From Candidatus Limnocylindria bacterium (GTDB lineage Bacteria; Chloroflexota; Limnocylindria; QHBO01), in contig DASVEQ010000072.1 of the NCBI GenBank assembly GCA_036380455.1, positions 1,545 through 65,544 of the forward strand: a stretch of DNA of 64,000 bases, read 5' to 3'. This document shows, piece by piece, positions 11,423 through 21,904 of this stretch. The notes under the pieces were generated by a model. The model made no database searches. It was not told the DNA's origin and saw only the letters and a list, made by a program, of their open reading frames with translations. Within the stretch, counting starts at the first letter, position 1; every line of letters starts with the position of its first letter. Both the position numbers and the translations under genes were made by a program.

Positions 11423-12130
11423 TCAGCCCTCGAGGTCGCGCTGGAGGCGACGAACGACCTCGGCGGTCTCGTCGTCCGGACCGTGGCCGGGCTCCGAAGC
11501 CGGGCCGGCGAATGTCCCGAACTGCCGGTCGCCGGCGTCGCCGAGGCCCGGGACGATGTACCCGCGCTCGTTGAGATGCGAGTCGAGGGCCGCGACGTGG
11601 ACGTCGACGTCGGGGTGGGCGCCGGCGAGCGTCGCGACCCCCTCCGGGGCGGCAATCAGCGAGAGCTGTTTCACCCGCGCCGCGCCCCACTGCTTGAGGA
11701 TGTCGATCGTGGCCGCCGCCGATCCACCGGTTGCCAGCATCGGGTCCAGCACCAGGCACACCTGGACGGTGGCCGCGTCGGGGAGCTTGTTGTAGTACTC
11801 GACCGGCTTCAGGGTCCGCTCGTCGCGGTAGAGGCCGATGTGCCACACCTCGGCGGTCGGCAGCAGCTCGAGCATGGCGTCGACCATGCCCAGGCCGGCG
11901 CGGAGGATCGGGATGAGCCCGACGCGCGGCTCGAGGCGCGCGGCCGTCATCGGCTCCAGCGGCGTCTCGATCGGCTCAGGCCGCGTCGCGAGGTCGGCCA
12001 TCGCCTCGTAGCCGAGCAGCCACGTCAGCTCGCGGACGAGCTCGCGGAACTTCTTCGGCTCCGTCGTCTTGTCGCGCAGGATGGCGAGCTTGTGGGCGAC
12101 CAGCGGGTGCTGGCTGACGTGGAGCGGCAT
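11423..12130 (-). CDS. upp: uracil phosphoribosyltransferase
   Basis: The protein begins [21 protein letters not shown] and has the PRPP-binding motif [12 protein letters not shown]. The start was trimmed to the conserved N-terminus within the longer ORF. Confidence 0.85.
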   Translation of the reverse strand: MPLHVSQHPLVAHKLAILRDKTTEPKKFRELVRELTWLLGYEAMADLATRPEPIETPLEPMTAARLEPRVGLIPILRAGLGMVDAMLELLPTAEVWHIGLYRDERTLKPVEYYNKLPDAATVQVCLVLDPMLATGGSAAATIDILKQWGAARVKQLSLIAAPEGVATLAGAHPDVDVHVAALDSHLNERGYIVPGLGDAGDRQFGTFAGPASEPGHGPDDETAEVVRRLQRDLEG

Positions 12131-12172
12131 CGGCGCCGATTCTAGCCCTCGCCGCACCGGCACAATGCATCG

Positions 12173-13291
12173 ATGCGTCCGGTGCCGTGGCTCCTCCCGC
12201 TCGCCTTCGGCGCCTTCGGCGTGATGTGGGGCGCCTGGCAGGCGGTGCTGCCTGACCTGGCACGCCACCACGGGCTGTCGAGCGGCCCGCTCGGCGCGAT
12301 CCTGACCATCGGCTTCGCCGTCTCGCTGCCGGCCATGCTCGTGACGGGCCGGCTGGTGGACCGGCTTGGCGCTGGCTGGGGAATGGCCATCACCGCGGTG
12401 TCGATGGCCGCCGGGCTGCTGGTGGTGTCGACGCTGGCGCCAGTCGGCTTCCTGGTGGTCGGCGTCATCCTGATCGCCGCCGGCAGCGGAGCCTTCGACG
12501 TCGCGATCAACGGCGCCGCCATGGGGGACGAGGATTGGAGCCGACCGGCTCGCCTGACGCTGCTGCATGCGGCCTTCTCCGGCGGCGGGATGGCGGGGGC
12601 GCTCCTAGCCGGCGGGCTGATCGGGACCGACGTTCCATTCCAATCGGTGTACCCGGCGCTGGTCGCTTTGCTGCTGATCACCGCCGCAGTGGCCGCTCGT
12701 TCTGGCTGGCACGCCCGGCCGCCGGAGGGCAGCGTTCCGCGAACCGTGGCGCTGGCGATGATGCCGCTGGCCGCCCTGGCAGGGCTGGCCTTCCTGGCCG
12801 AGGGGTCGATGGAGACGTGGTCGGCGATCTACCTGCGGGACGAGCTGGGCGCCGCGGCATTCGTGGGTGCCCTCGGGCCCGCCGCCTTCCACGGCGCGAT
12901 GCTGACCGGACGTCTGATCGGGGTCGGGGTGGCGGGCACACTCGGGGCAGCATCGACGCTCCTGGTCGGTGGACTGATGGCCCTGGTCGGGATGACCGCC
13001 GCGCTGCTGGTCCCGGTCCCCGCGCTGGCGATCATCGGCATGGCGGTCGCAGCGCTGGGCGCTTCGTTCGTGGTGCCGGTGGTCGTCAGCCTGGCCGCCG
13101 ATTGGGCGGGTGGCTACGCCGGGCGCGCGGCTTCCTATGTCCTCACGCTCGGCTATGCGGGCTTCCTCATCGGCCCCTCGCTGGTCGGCATCCTCGGCGA
13201 GCTCGCGGGGCTGCGTGCGGCGTTGGCTGTCATCCCGATCGCCGCCGCGATCATCGTCGTGGCGTCACGGACGCGTGTCGTCCATCGGTGA
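12173..13291 (+). CDS. MFS transporter
   Basis: About 12 TM helices are predicted, and an MFS-like loop (GRLVDRLG) is present. Confidence 0.75.
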   Translation: MRPVPWLLPLAFGAFGVMWGAWQAVLPDLARHHGLSSGPLGAILTIGFAVSLPAMLVTGRLVDRLGAGWGMAITAVSMAAGLLVVSTLAPVGFLVVGVILIAAGSGAFDVAINGAAMGDEDWSRPARLTLLHAAFSGGGMAGALLAGGLIGTDVPFQSVYPALVALLLITAAVAARSGWHARPPEGSVPRTVALAMMPLAALAGLAFLAEGSMETWSAIYLRDELGAAAFVGALGPAAFHGAMLTGRLIGVGVAGTLGAASTLLVGGLMALVGMTAALLVPVPALAIIGMAVAALGASFVVPVVVSLAADWAGGYAGRAASYVLTLGYAGFLIGPSLVGILGELAGLRAALAVIPIAAAIIVVASRTRVVHR

Positions 13292-13395
13292 TCACTGCCG
13301 GCAGTCAGGCGCCACCGTACGCCGTCCCGCCGTGCGGCCTGATCGCTCCCGGCAGTCAGGCGCCAGGCACCAGCTTCTCCCGGTGTGCGACCGCT
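13289..13395. repeat. two tandem copies of a 51-bp repeat (TGATCRCYSCCGGCAGTCAGGCGCC...)
   Basis: The direct repeat starts at the MFS stop codon. It belongs to the same family as the arrays at 58.6 kb and 59.5 kb. Confidence 0.6.
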
Positions 13396-13575
13396 CGAAG
13401 TCGCCCCCCACGGTCGCGGCGTCACGAACGCGCGTGGTACGGGTGCTGCGGGAGGAGAACGAGATCTACCTCCAATCCCGGCATGCTGGTACGCTATTCG
13501 ACCTGCGAACGACCCCGAGCGCACACGGACCGTGCCCAGCCCGTCGCCGGACCGTACTGAGGAGGTTAGGAGAGC

Positions 13576-14223
13576 ATGGTCTTCGGATCGAAGCGTGAAA
13601 CCAAGCCGGACAGCCTCTCGCGCGAGGACGTGGTCGGGAACCTGTATCCGGATAGCCTGACGAGTGAGGTTGACGTGGCACAGTCACCCAGCGAGTTTCC
13701 CCGCACCAGCGATCGCGGCAACGAGTCGGTCATCGACCCCCACGCCCGCTTCAACGGCAAGTACGTCAGCGACCGCGACCTGCGGATCGAGGGCGAGGCG
13801 CAGGGCGAGATCGAATGCCAGGGGACGTTGATCATCAGCCCGCAGGCGCGTGTGCGCAGCGCGATCAAGGCCCACAACGTGATCGTCAACGGCGATTACG
13901 AGGGCGACGTCGACTGCGGTGGACGCTTCGAGATCGGCTCGACCGGCCGGGTCAAGGGCAACATCAAGACCCAGGTGCTGGTCGTCAAGGAAGGCGCGCA
14001 CTGGGAGGGCGGTGTCACGATGACCCGCGAGCCCGGCGCCCGTCCCGCGGCCCAGACGCCGACCGGTCCTGGCACGCCGCAGTCAGCGCGCACGGCCGCC
14101 GGCGGCTCAGGCGGGCCCGGCAGCAGCATCTTCAGCAAGGGTGATCGCCCGGGCGACGGCGACCAGGCAGGCGCCGAGCCGCGCGAGGGCCAGCCGGCGG
14201 GACAGGGCGGCGGCGGCCAGTAG
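13576..14223 (+). CDS. bactofilin family cytoskeletal protein
   Basis: A beta-helical bactofilin core (IIS...VIVNGDYEGDV...RFEIGSTGRVKGNI) is followed by a Gly/Pro-rich tail. A strong GGAGG RBS is present. Confidence 0.8.
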   Translation: MVFGSKRETKPDSLSREDVVGNLYPDSLTSEVDVAQSPSEFPRTSDRGNESVIDPHARFNGKYVSDRDLRIEGEAQGEIECQGTLIISPQARVRSAIKAHNVIVNGDYEGDVDCGGRFEIGSTGRVKGNIKTQVLVVKEGAHWEGGVTMTREPGARPAAQTPTGPGTPQSARTAAGGSGGPGSSIFSKGDRPGDGDQAGAEPREGQPAGQGGGGQ

Positions 14224-14254
14224 GAGCGCCGGCGGGCACACCCTGACAGCCTGA

Positions 14255-15352
14255 ATGCCACCCTCGGGGAGCCGACGGCCCCGCACCGGCCGCCGAGGCC
14301 CCGAAGGCCCTCCGGCGCTCGTCGAGGTCACCAGGGGGGACCGCGTCGAATCGGTCCACCGCGGCGTGGTCGCGGTGGTCGCCGCGGACGGCGAGCTCAT
14401 CGCGTCAACGGGCGATGTCGACCAGTTCATCTACCTGCGGTCGAGCGCGAAGCCGTTCCAGCTCGCGCCGTTCGTGGTCTCCGGCCGCTTCGACGAGTAC
14501 GGGCTGGGCCCCGAGGCGCTGGCGATCATGGCGGCCAGCCACTCCGGCGAGGACCGGCACGTGCGCCTGGTGCAGGAGGTGCTTCGCCGCGGCGGCCTGA
14601 CGAGCGCCTCGCTCCAGAACCAGGTCCACGCCCCGTACGACTCGGAGACGGCCAACCGGCTCGTGCGCGACGGTGAGAAGCCGACGGTGCTGCGCGGCAA
14701 CTGCTCCGGAAAGCACGCCGGGATGGTCCTGTTCGCCAAGGCCTCGGGCTGGCCGATCGAGAGCTACTGGCACCCCGATCATCCGGTCCAGCGCCTGGCG
14801 CTGGAGACGATCTCGGCGCTCTCCGACGTCCCGATCGAGTCGATCCAGACGGCGGTGGACGGCTGCGGGGTGCTCACCTTCGGGATGCCGCTCCGCGGCC
14901 TGGCGGTGGCGTTCGCGCGGTTGGCCGATCCCTCGTCGGTCGCCGATCCGCCGCTCGGGTCGGCGTTGACCCGCATCCGCGACGCGATGATGGCCCACCC
15001 CGAGCTCGTCGGCGGGGAGCGGCGCCGGATCGACACCGCGCTCATGCGCGCCTATCCGAAGCGGATCGTCAGCAAGGGCGGCGCCGAGGGCGTCCTGGCG
15101 ATGGGCCTTCCGCCCGGCGCGCTTCCCGACTCCGGTCGTTTCGGCGACGGCTCGATGGGGATCGCCGTCAAGATCGAGGATGGCAATTTCGCGAGGCGAG
15201 CCGGCGACGTGACGTCGATCGCCGTCCTGCGCCAGCTCGGCCTCGTCGGCGACCCGATGCCCGGGCCGCTGGTGGAGTACGCGACCCCGCCGATCGTCGA
15301 TCCACGGGGCGACCGCTCCGGGGATGTTCGGTCCGTCCTGCGCCTCGCCTAG
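14255..15352 (+). CDS. asparaginase II family protein (PF06089-like)
   Basis: The NCSGKHAGM motif and surrounding conservation fit this family. The start is uncertain, and an alternative downstream start is possible. Confidence 0.7.
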   Translation: MPPSGSRRPRTGRRGPEGPPALVEVTRGDRVESVHRGVVAVVAADGELIASTGDVDQFIYLRSSAKPFQLAPFVVSGRFDEYGLGPEALAIMAASHSGEDRHVRLVQEVLRRGGLTSASLQNQVHAPYDSETANRLVRDGEKPTVLRGNCSGKHAGMVLFAKASGWPIESYWHPDHPVQRLALETISALSDVPIESIQTAVDGCGVLTFGMPLRGLAVAFARLADPSSVADPPLGSALTRIRDAMMAHPELVGGERRRIDTALMRAYPKRIVSKGGAEGVLAMGLPPGALPDSGRFGDGSMGIAVKIEDGNFARRAGDVTSIAVLRQLGLVGDPMPGPLVEYATPPIVDPRGDRSGDVRSVLRLA

Positions 15353-16089
15353 GCCGGGACGAGCAGCCCGCGAACCGCATCGGCGACGCGCACGAAGATC
15401 GGGGCCAGCAGCAGCGCCGGCAGGAAGTTGGCAACGCGGACCGCCTTGAGATCGAGCAGCCGCAGCCCGACGCCGAGCAGGATGATCCCGCCCGCCGAGC
15501 TGATGGCCAGGATGGTGGCGGCGTCCATCGCGTCGCTGATGAGGAAGGCCGTCGCCGCGATGCCGCCCTGCACGATCAGCACCGTGAGCGCGGACAGCGC
15601 GACACCCGCCCCGAGCGCCGCGGCGAACGCGATGCTCGCGACTCCGTCGAGGAGCGACTTGATCGCCAGCAGCCGGATGTCTCCAGTCAGCCCGTTCTCG
15701 AGCGAGCCGAGGATCGTGAGCGGGCCGACGCAGAAGACGAGGCTCGCCGTGACGAACCCCTCCGCGATCCGGCTCGGCCGATCGCCGCGCACCAGCCGAC
15801 GCTGGAACCAGCCGCCCAGCCATTCGAGGCCGTCGTGCAACCGGAGCAGCTCGCCGACGACGACGCCCGCCAGAATGGCGGCGAGTACGGCGAGGTCGTC
15901 GCCCGGCTGCGCCGTCGGATCGGTGAATACGCCGAGCGCCATGCTCACCGCGATGACCACGGTGAAGAAGCCGAGCCCGGTGGTCAGGCTCTCCTGCATG
16001 CGGGCCGGCATGCGCGCACCGATGAGCACGCCGATCGCCGTCCCCAGCAGGACGGTCGCCACGTTCAGGAGCGTGCCGGTGAGGAACAC
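15349..16089 (-). CDS. DUF554-family membrane protein
   Basis: The 246-aa polytopic protein resembles YqgA/DUF554 proteins. Confidence 0.6.
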   Translation of the reverse strand: MFLTGTLLNVATVLLGTAIGVLIGARMPARMQESLTTGLGFFTVVIAVSMALGVFTDPTAQPGDDLAVLAAILAGVVVGELLRLHDGLEWLGGWFQRRLVRGDRPSRIAEGFVTASLVFCVGPLTILGSLENGLTGDIRLLAIKSLLDGVASIAFAAALGAGVALSALTVLIVQGGIAATAFLISDAMDAATILAISSAGGIILLGVGLRLLDLKAVRVANFLPALLLAPIFVRVADAVRGLLVPA

Positions 16090-16095
16090 CGCCCG

Positions 16096-17136
16096 TCAGC
16101 GGCCGAGCCGGTCGAGCGCCAGGGACTCGACGGTGGAGCCGGCGCTCAGCGTCGGCTCGGGGCCGCCGAGCAGCGTGTAGACAATCCCGCCCACGACGCC
16201 GGTGCCGTGGCCGTGGTGTGGCTCGAGCAGGTCCGGCAGCTGGGTGACGGTGCCGTCGGCGGCCATGCACTCCACCGCCGTGTACGCCCGATCCGGTGCT
16301 TCGCCCCCCGACAGGCAGGCGCCGAGGCCGGGCACGAAAAAGGCGGCCACGCCGCCTCGTGGCGTCGGGAGCACACCGAGCAGCGTGACCGTGCCTCCCT
16401 CAACCAGCTCGACCGTGCCGAGATTGGACGTGAGGCCACCGACCCGACCGCCGAGCAGCCACGTGCGGCCCTCGAGGTCGGAGGTGGCGGCGAAATGCTC
16501 GCGCGGCTCGCGCATGGCACCGATCCGCTCCCACGCATCGTCGGCGAGGGCGTAGATGTCGGCGACGACGCCGTCGCCGACGCCTCCCGCGTACAGCACC
16601 CGAGACCCGTCCCAGGCCGCGGCTCCGGCCGCCCGGGCCGCCGGCAGGGATGGGCCCGGATGCCAGGCATCATCGCCGTCCGTCAGGACGAGCACGATCT
16701 CGGTCGGCCGATTGAAGGCAGGCCCGAGGTAGCCGCCGATGAGCAGCAGCCGATCGCCGTCCGACACGAGGGCGGCATGATGGACCGCCGCCGGGAGGAC
16801 CGGGCCGTCGCTCCACTCGCCGGTCGATGGATCGAGCACCGCCACGTCGGTGAGTGCCTCGCCGAACGGCGACAGGCCGCCCGCCAGCCAGAACCGTCCT
16901 CCGTGTGCCGCCACCGCCATCTCGAGGCGCGCGAAGGGGGCATCCGCCTCGCGCTCCCACGACGCGCTGGCCGTGGATTCGCCGGCCGTGGCCGATGCCG
17001 CCGCTGACGGCGCGGCGCTCGCGTTCGCCGACGTCGAGGCCGGCGCCGACGGGCTCGGGTCCGGCACCGGCGACGCGCACGCGACGAGCAGGACCGCGAC
17101 GGTGATGAGCGGCGCGCGCCGACCCACGGCTGGCAT
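16096..17136 (-). CDS. Kelch-repeat lipoprotein
   Basis: The signal peptide has a lipobox (LLVACAS). Multiple beta-propeller Kelch-like blades are visible (LLGG/LIGG...GG). The start was trimmed from the longer ORF. Confidence 0.6.
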   Translation of the reverse strand: MPAVGRRAPLITVAVLLVACASPVPDPSPSAPASTSANASAAPSAAASATAGESTASASWEREADAPFARLEMAVAAHGGRFWLAGGLSPFGEALTDVAVLDPSTGEWSDGPVLPAAVHHAALVSDGDRLLLIGGYLGPAFNRPTEIVLVLTDGDDAWHPGPSLPAARAAGAAAWDGSRVLYAGGVGDGVVADIYALADDAWERIGAMREPREHFAATSDLEGRTWLLGGRVGGLTSNLGTVELVEGGTVTLLGVLPTPRGGVAAFFVPGLGACLSGGEAPDRAYTAVECMAADGTVTQLPDLLEPHHGHGTGVVGGIVYTLLGGPEPTLSAGSTVESLALDRLGR

Positions 17137-17157
17137 GCGCTGTAGGGTAGCCGCGCG

Positions 17158-17838
17158 ATGCGATGGTGTGCGTTGGCGCTGGCCGTGCTCATCGGCGGCA
17201 CCGCATGCCAGGTTCGCGAGGAGGATCGGATGCGGTACGTGGCGCTCGGAGACTCGTACACCATCGGCACCTCGGTGAGCGAAGCCGAACGCTGGCCGAA
17301 CCAGCTGGCCGCTCGGGTCCCGGAGCTGGAGCTGGTCGGCAACCCGGCGGTCAACGGCTACACCTCCTCGGATCTCATCGACCGGGAGCTGCCGTTGCTC
17401 GAGGACCTGCGCCCCGAGCTGGTGACGGTGCTGATCGGCGTGAACGACGTGGTGCTGGGGGTGCCGGAGACGGTGTACCGGGCCAATGTGGAGGTCATCC
17501 TGGATCGGCTCCTCGGGCTCGTCGGCGCCGAGCGCGTCGCATGTGTGGCGACGCCGGATTACACGCGGACCCCGCGCGGTGCGGACTTCGGCGATCCGGA
17601 GCGGCAGCGGGAGGGGATCGTGCGCGTCAACGCCGCGCTGCGCGAGGAATGCGAGGATCGTGGGATGGTCTTCGTCCCCGAGACCTTCGAGATCAGCCTG
17701 CTGGCGAGCGACGACCCCGGGCTGGTGGCGAGCGACGGGCTCCACCCGTCGGGCGAGCAGTACCGGCGCTGGGTCGAGGCGATCGAGGCCGTCGTGCGCC
17801 GGCTGATCGCCCCCGGCCCGGTCGCGCCGTCGGACTGA
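17158..17838 (+). CDS. SGNH/GDSL hydrolase lipoprotein
   Basis: The GDSYT, GVNDV and DGLHPS blocks are present. The N-terminal signal has Cys in a lipobox-like context. Confidence 0.8.
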   Translation: MRWCALALAVLIGGTACQVREEDRMRYVALGDSYTIGTSVSEAERWPNQLAARVPELELVGNPAVNGYTSSDLIDRELPLLEDLRPELVTVLIGVNDVVLGVPETVYRANVEVILDRLLGLVGAERVACVATPDYTRTPRGADFGDPERQREGIVRVNAALREECEDRGMVFVPETFEISLLASDDPGLVASDGLHPSGEQYRRWVEAIEAVVRRLIAPGPVAPSD

Positions 17839-20800
17839 TCAGCGAAAGGAGCCCATTCGCCCCGAGCCGGTCCAGGATTGCGACCAGGTCGCTCGCGTCG
17901 CCGGGGTCCGAGGTCAGCCGCTGCTCGTCCAGGAGGCAGAGCGCCAGCTGCAGCGGCAGGTCGAGCTCTCCCCAGGCCTCCCTGGCACGCCGGTATCGCT
18001 GATGGGCGTCCGGGTCCCGCGTGATCGCGGCCAGCCCTGCCTCCATCGTCAGGACCGACGCGTGCGTTGCCCGCCCCCACGGAGCCGGCCTCGAGAGCTC
18101 GGCGATGTTCGCTGCCGCCTGTTCCCGGTCGCCCATCCAGAGGGTGATGCGGGTGAGGATCGCCCGCTCGTGGGGATGGATCATCCCCAGCACGCCGGCG
18201 ATCGCCTCCCGCGCCAGTTCGCGTGCCTCCACCAGGTCGGAGGCGAGGAACGCCGACCACGCTCGCGCCAACCGGAGCTCGGCGACGACCTGGCCATCCG
18301 TGTTCGGCGGGATCGGCTCGAATCGGTCGATGGCGTCGAGCGCCCCATCCTCGCCGCGAAGCGCGCGAATCGTTGCGGCGCTGGCCGACAGGAGCATTCG
18401 GTACGGCTCGGCGACCCCCTGCTCCTCCAGGTCCGCGACGGTCTCCAGCGCCCAGTCCCAGCTGCCGACCTCGATCGCCGCCGCGCAGGCCAGGTCCGCC
18501 AGGGGGACGGCAAAGTCGGTGAGGCCCATCTCGGTCGCCAGGCCGAGGCCCTGGCGCGCCGTCTCGAATGCCGCGACGGGATCGTCGGCCAGGAGGCCCC
18601 AGGCCAGGTTGTTCCGCGCGCGGAGCTCCGTTCGGAGCAGGCCGCCCATCTGTGTCTCCGCGATCGCCGCGCGGAGATCGGCGAGGCCGGACTCGTGCTC
18701 GCCGAGCGCGATCCGAGCGGTGCCCCTCGTGATCCGGAGGTCCGTGATCACGGCGGTGAGCTTCAGGCGTTCGGCAGCGGCGAGGGCGCGCTCCGCCCAT
18801 CGGAGCCCTTCTCGGTCATCGCCGAGCACCGAGCGCGCGCGGGCCAGCTGCGCCGCGAGCTCGACACCCGCTGGGTCGGTCTGCCAGCGTCGGACCTCGC
18901 GCATCGCCGCCTCCAGCTCGAGGAGCGCGGGCTCGTTGGCCTGTGCGGTCAGCATCACGCTCGCCAGCTGGGCGCGCGCTCGCGCGGCGGCACTGCGGTC
19001 ACCGGCCTGCTGGTGCAGGTCGATGAGCTCGCGAAGATGCGTCTCCGCGACGTCGAGCCGTCCCGCCGCGCGCGCCGCGTCCGCCGCCTCCACCAGCACG
19101 CCGGTTCGCATCGGCTGATCGGCCAGGGCGAGGGCGGTCTCCACCAGGCCGAGCGCGCGCGCCGGCACGTGCAGAGCGCTTGCGCCGCGAGCCGCGCGCC
19201 GGAGGGCCGTGACGGCACGGCGTGCAATTCGCTCCGCGTCACGCGACTCCGGCGTGAGCCGGTGAACCTCCACCAGGTGCGCCGCCAGCTGTTCCGGCGC
19301 GTCCTCTTCGAGCGACTCGAGGTGGCGCGCGGCGGCCAGGTGAAGCGCCCGGCGGTCGCTCCGCGCAACCGTCCCGTAGGCGACCTCGCGGACGAGGTCC
19401 TGGACGAAGCTCACCTGGCCCCTTCCCGGCGAGGAGAGATCCTCGTCGACCGTCAGCATCTCGCGCCGCAGGAGGCCGGCGAGGCGTTCGCGCACCTCGG
19501 TCGGATCGCCGCCCACCACCGCGTGGAGGGCCTCGGGTCGGAACCGGTTGCCCAGGACGGCGGCCGCCAGGAGCAGCCGGCGCTCCGCCGGCGGGAGCGC
19601 GTCGAGGCGAGCGGCGATCACACCCCGGAGCGAGTCCGGGACTTCTCCCTCCGCTCCCGGCTTGCCCGCCATCGACCTCGCGCCGCCCGGCCGATCGCGG
19701 TCCATCAGCATGCGCGCCACTTCGACGGCATAGAGCGGCACACCTCCGGCATCTCGGAGGACCTGCTCCAGCAGGGCCGACGGCATCTCGGGGGCTCGGT
19801 CGGCCAGCAGCTCGCGCATCGCCAAGTCGGGCAGGCGCTCGAGAGTGATGGACGTGAAGCTCCCGACCGACGATCCCCAGGTCGGGCGCATGTCCAGCAG
19901 CTCCGGTCGCGCAAGTGTCAGCACGAAGATCGGCCGCTTCCGCGTCCACGTGGCCAGGTGCTCGATGAAGTCGAGCAGGCTCGGATCGGCCCATTGGAGA
20001 TCCTCGAACACCATCACCACCGGGCTGTGCTCAGAGACGCGCTCGAAGAACCGTCTCCAGGCGGCGAACAGCTCGTCCGGGTCGAAGGAATCCGCCGTCT
20101 CCGGGAACAGCAGCGCGGACAGGCGTGGCTCGATCCACCGGCGCTCCGTCTCGTCGCGGACCAGCTCCTCGAGCGCCGAGTCGAGCTGCCGCCGCGCGAG
20201 CTCGGGGGGAGCCGAGGCGTCGATGTGGGCCCGGCGGCGGACCATCTGGGACACCGCGGAGAAGGCAACACCCTCCCCGAAGGCGAGGGCGCGGCCGTCG
20301 TGCCAGGCGATGGCCGTGGGATGCGCGTCCACCCAGTGGTCGAGCTCCCAGGCCAACCGGCTCTTGCCGATGCCGGCAATCCCGGTCAGTGAGACCAGGC
20401 GGCCCCGTTTCTCGGCGATCACGGACTGCAGCAGCTCGGTGATCTCGCGGAGCTCGCGGTCGCGCCCGGCGAGCGGGCCCGTATGCGAGGTGCTCCCGAC
20501 CGTGGCCGCGTCCCGAAGGCTCGTGGCCGCGTAGGCCTCGAGGCGCCCACGCCGCCCCTTGAGCGCCAGGGAGCCGATCCGTGCGAACTCGATCACCGGT
20601 GCAGCCGCGTCGCGGGTCGCCCGGTCGACGACGACGCGTCCCGCCGGGGCCCGACCCTGGAGCCGGGCCGCGATATTGATCAGATCACCCGCCACGAGGC
20701 CCTGGTCCACCGCCCCGAGCGTGACCGCGGCCTGCCCGGTCGTCACGGCGGCGCGGGCCTGGAGCGGCTGCCCGGATGCCGCGCCCCCGATCCGCTCCAC

Positions 20801-21304
20801 CGCGTAGACGAGCGCCAGGGCCGCACGGACCGCCCGTTCTGCGTCGTCCTCGTGCACGGTCGGCGCCCCCCAAACGGCCATCACGGCGTCGCCGATGAAC
20901 TTCTCGATCGTGCCGCCGTAGGTCGCTACGATCGAGCGCGCGACCTCGAAGTAGCGGCCCTGCACTGCGCGAATCTCCTCCGGATCCATCGACTCGGCGA
21001 GCGGGGTGAACCCGACGAGGTCCACGAACAGCACCGAGACCCGGCGGCGCTCGGCGAGCCCCGCCTGCTCGGGCTTCTCCCGCTCCGCTGGCTGTCGGGA
21101 CGAGGGCGCCGGAGCCGCATCGGTGACCGCGGTTCCGCACCACGAGCAGAAGCGACCGCCGGGCACGACCTCGGCGCCGCACGAGGGGCAGCGCGCGGCG
21201 TCGAAGCGTACGCCACACGTAGCGCAGAAGCGTGCGCCGTCCGGGTTCTCGGCGCCGCAGGACGAGCAGGTCACGCCCGGCGCTCGCCGTCCGCCGGTCG
21301 GCAC
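17693..21304 (-). CDS. large multidomain regulator with double zinc-ribbon, class III adenylate/guanylate cyclase domain, STAND P-loop NTPase and TPR repeats
   Basis: Two N-terminal CxxC...CxxC ribbons are followed by a cyclase domain (FVDLVGFT...FIGDAVMAVWGAP) and a Walker A motif (GIAGIGKS). A long TPR-like helical C-terminus follows. The last 146 nt overlap the convergent SGNH gene. Confidence 0.8.
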   Translation of the reverse strand: MPTGGRRAPGVTCSSCGAENPDGARFCATCGVRFDAARCPSCGAEVVPGGRFCSWCGTAVTDAAPAPSSRQPAEREKPEQAGLAERRRVSVLFVDLVGFTPLAESMDPEEIRAVQGRYFEVARSIVATYGGTIEKFIGDAVMAVWGAPTVHEDDAERAVRAALALVYAVERIGGAASGQPLQARAAVTTGQAAVTLGAVDQGLVAGDLINIAARLQGRAPAGRVVVDRATRDAAAPVIEFARIGSLALKGRRGRLEAYAATSLRDAATVGSTSHTGPLAGRDRELREITELLQSVIAEKRGRLVSLTGIAGIGKSRLAWELDHWVDAHPTAIAWHDGRALAFGEGVAFSAVSQMVRRRAHIDASAPPELARRQLDSALEELVRDETERRWIEPRLSALLFPETADSFDPDELFAAWRRFFERVSEHSPVVMVFEDLQWADPSLLDFIEHLATWTRKRPIFVLTLARPELLDMRPTWGSSVGSFTSITLERLPDLAMRELLADRAPEMPSALLEQVLRDAGGVPLYAVEVARMLMDRDRPGGARSMAGKPGAEGEVPDSLRGVIAARLDALPPAERRLLLAAAVLGNRFRPEALHAVVGGDPTEVRERLAGLLRREMLTVDEDLSSPGRGQVSFVQDLVREVAYGTVARSDRRALHLAAARHLESLEEDAPEQLAAHLVEVHRLTPESRDAERIARRAVTALRRAARGASALHVPARALGLVETALALADQPMRTGVLVEAADAARAAGRLDVAETHLRELIDLHQQAGDRSAAARARAQLASVMLTAQANEPALLELEAAMREVRRWQTDPAGVELAAQLARARSVLGDDREGLRWAERALAAAERLKLTAVITDLRITRGTARIALGEHESGLADLRAAIAETQMGGLLRTELRARNNLAWGLLADDPVAAFETARQGLGLATEMGLTDFAVPLADLACAAAIEVGSWDWALETVADLEEQGVAEPYRMLLSASAATIRALRGEDGALDAIDRFEPIPPNTDGQVVAELRLARAWSAFLASDLVEARELAREAIAGVLGMIHPHERAILTRITLWMGDREQAAANIAELSRPAPWGRATHASVLTMEAGLAAITRDPDAHQRYRRAREAWGELDLPLQLALCLLDEQRLTSDPGDASDLVAILDRLGANGLLSLISPTARPGRGRSAGARRPRSPRPSAGTARPTGGARRSPPARGRRSPAG

Positions 21305-21335
21305 CGTCGCCGCGGAACGCCCTCGCCCGGCGGTG

Positions 21336-21797
21336 CTACTCCGTCTCCTCTCCCTCTTTGTAGATCATCTGTCCGCACTGGTTGCCGTCCTCGGCCGTCA
21401 TGATGAACAGCTTCCGAACGGCGAGCGTGCGCTCGTGGTTGATCACGAACGTCCCGATGCGCGCGGCCGTCGCTCCCGGGAAGTTGTCGATCTGGCTCTC
21501 GATCCCCTCCACCCCGCCCCGGGTCATCGTCCGGCCGGGCTTGTGGATCGCCCACTCCGCCTCGCGCGAGCTGCTCTTGAAGACGCCGAAGCTGAAGTTG
21601 AAGGGAGCCGCGAGGAAGGCACGGACCACCGGATCCTCGCGCGCCTCGTCGGTGAACAGGCTCTCGTCGTTCAGCTTGCGGTAGATGTTGTATCCCTCAC
21701 CCGGGCCGAACTCGTGCGCGTCTCCCCGAGGGAACTTGTCGTAGAGGTCGTCCTCCCATCCCGGATTGTCGAAGGGATTGCCATCGGTGTTGACCAT
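21336..21797 (-). CDS. hypothetical protein (about 153 aa)
   Basis: An intact ORF lies 32 bp upstream of the large regulator, co-oriented with it. The product is K/E-rich, and local GC content is lower than neighbouring genes. No family was recognised. Confidence 0.45.
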   Translation of the reverse strand: MVNTDGNPFDNPGWEDDLYDKFPRGDAHEFGPGEGYNIYRKLNDESLFTDEAREDPVVRAFLAAPFNFSFGVFKSSSREAEWAIHKPGRTMTRGGVEGIESQIDNFPGATAARIGTFVINHERTLAVRKLFIMTAEDGNQCGQMIYKEGEETE

Positions 21798-21904
21798 GCT
21801 CGGGGTCCCCGTACGGATCAGGCGATGATAGGTTCGGTCCGGTGCGGTGCATACCCCCACCGCCTGCGGCCTCCACGTCCCGCGCCTGTTAGGATCGGTA
21901 GTCC

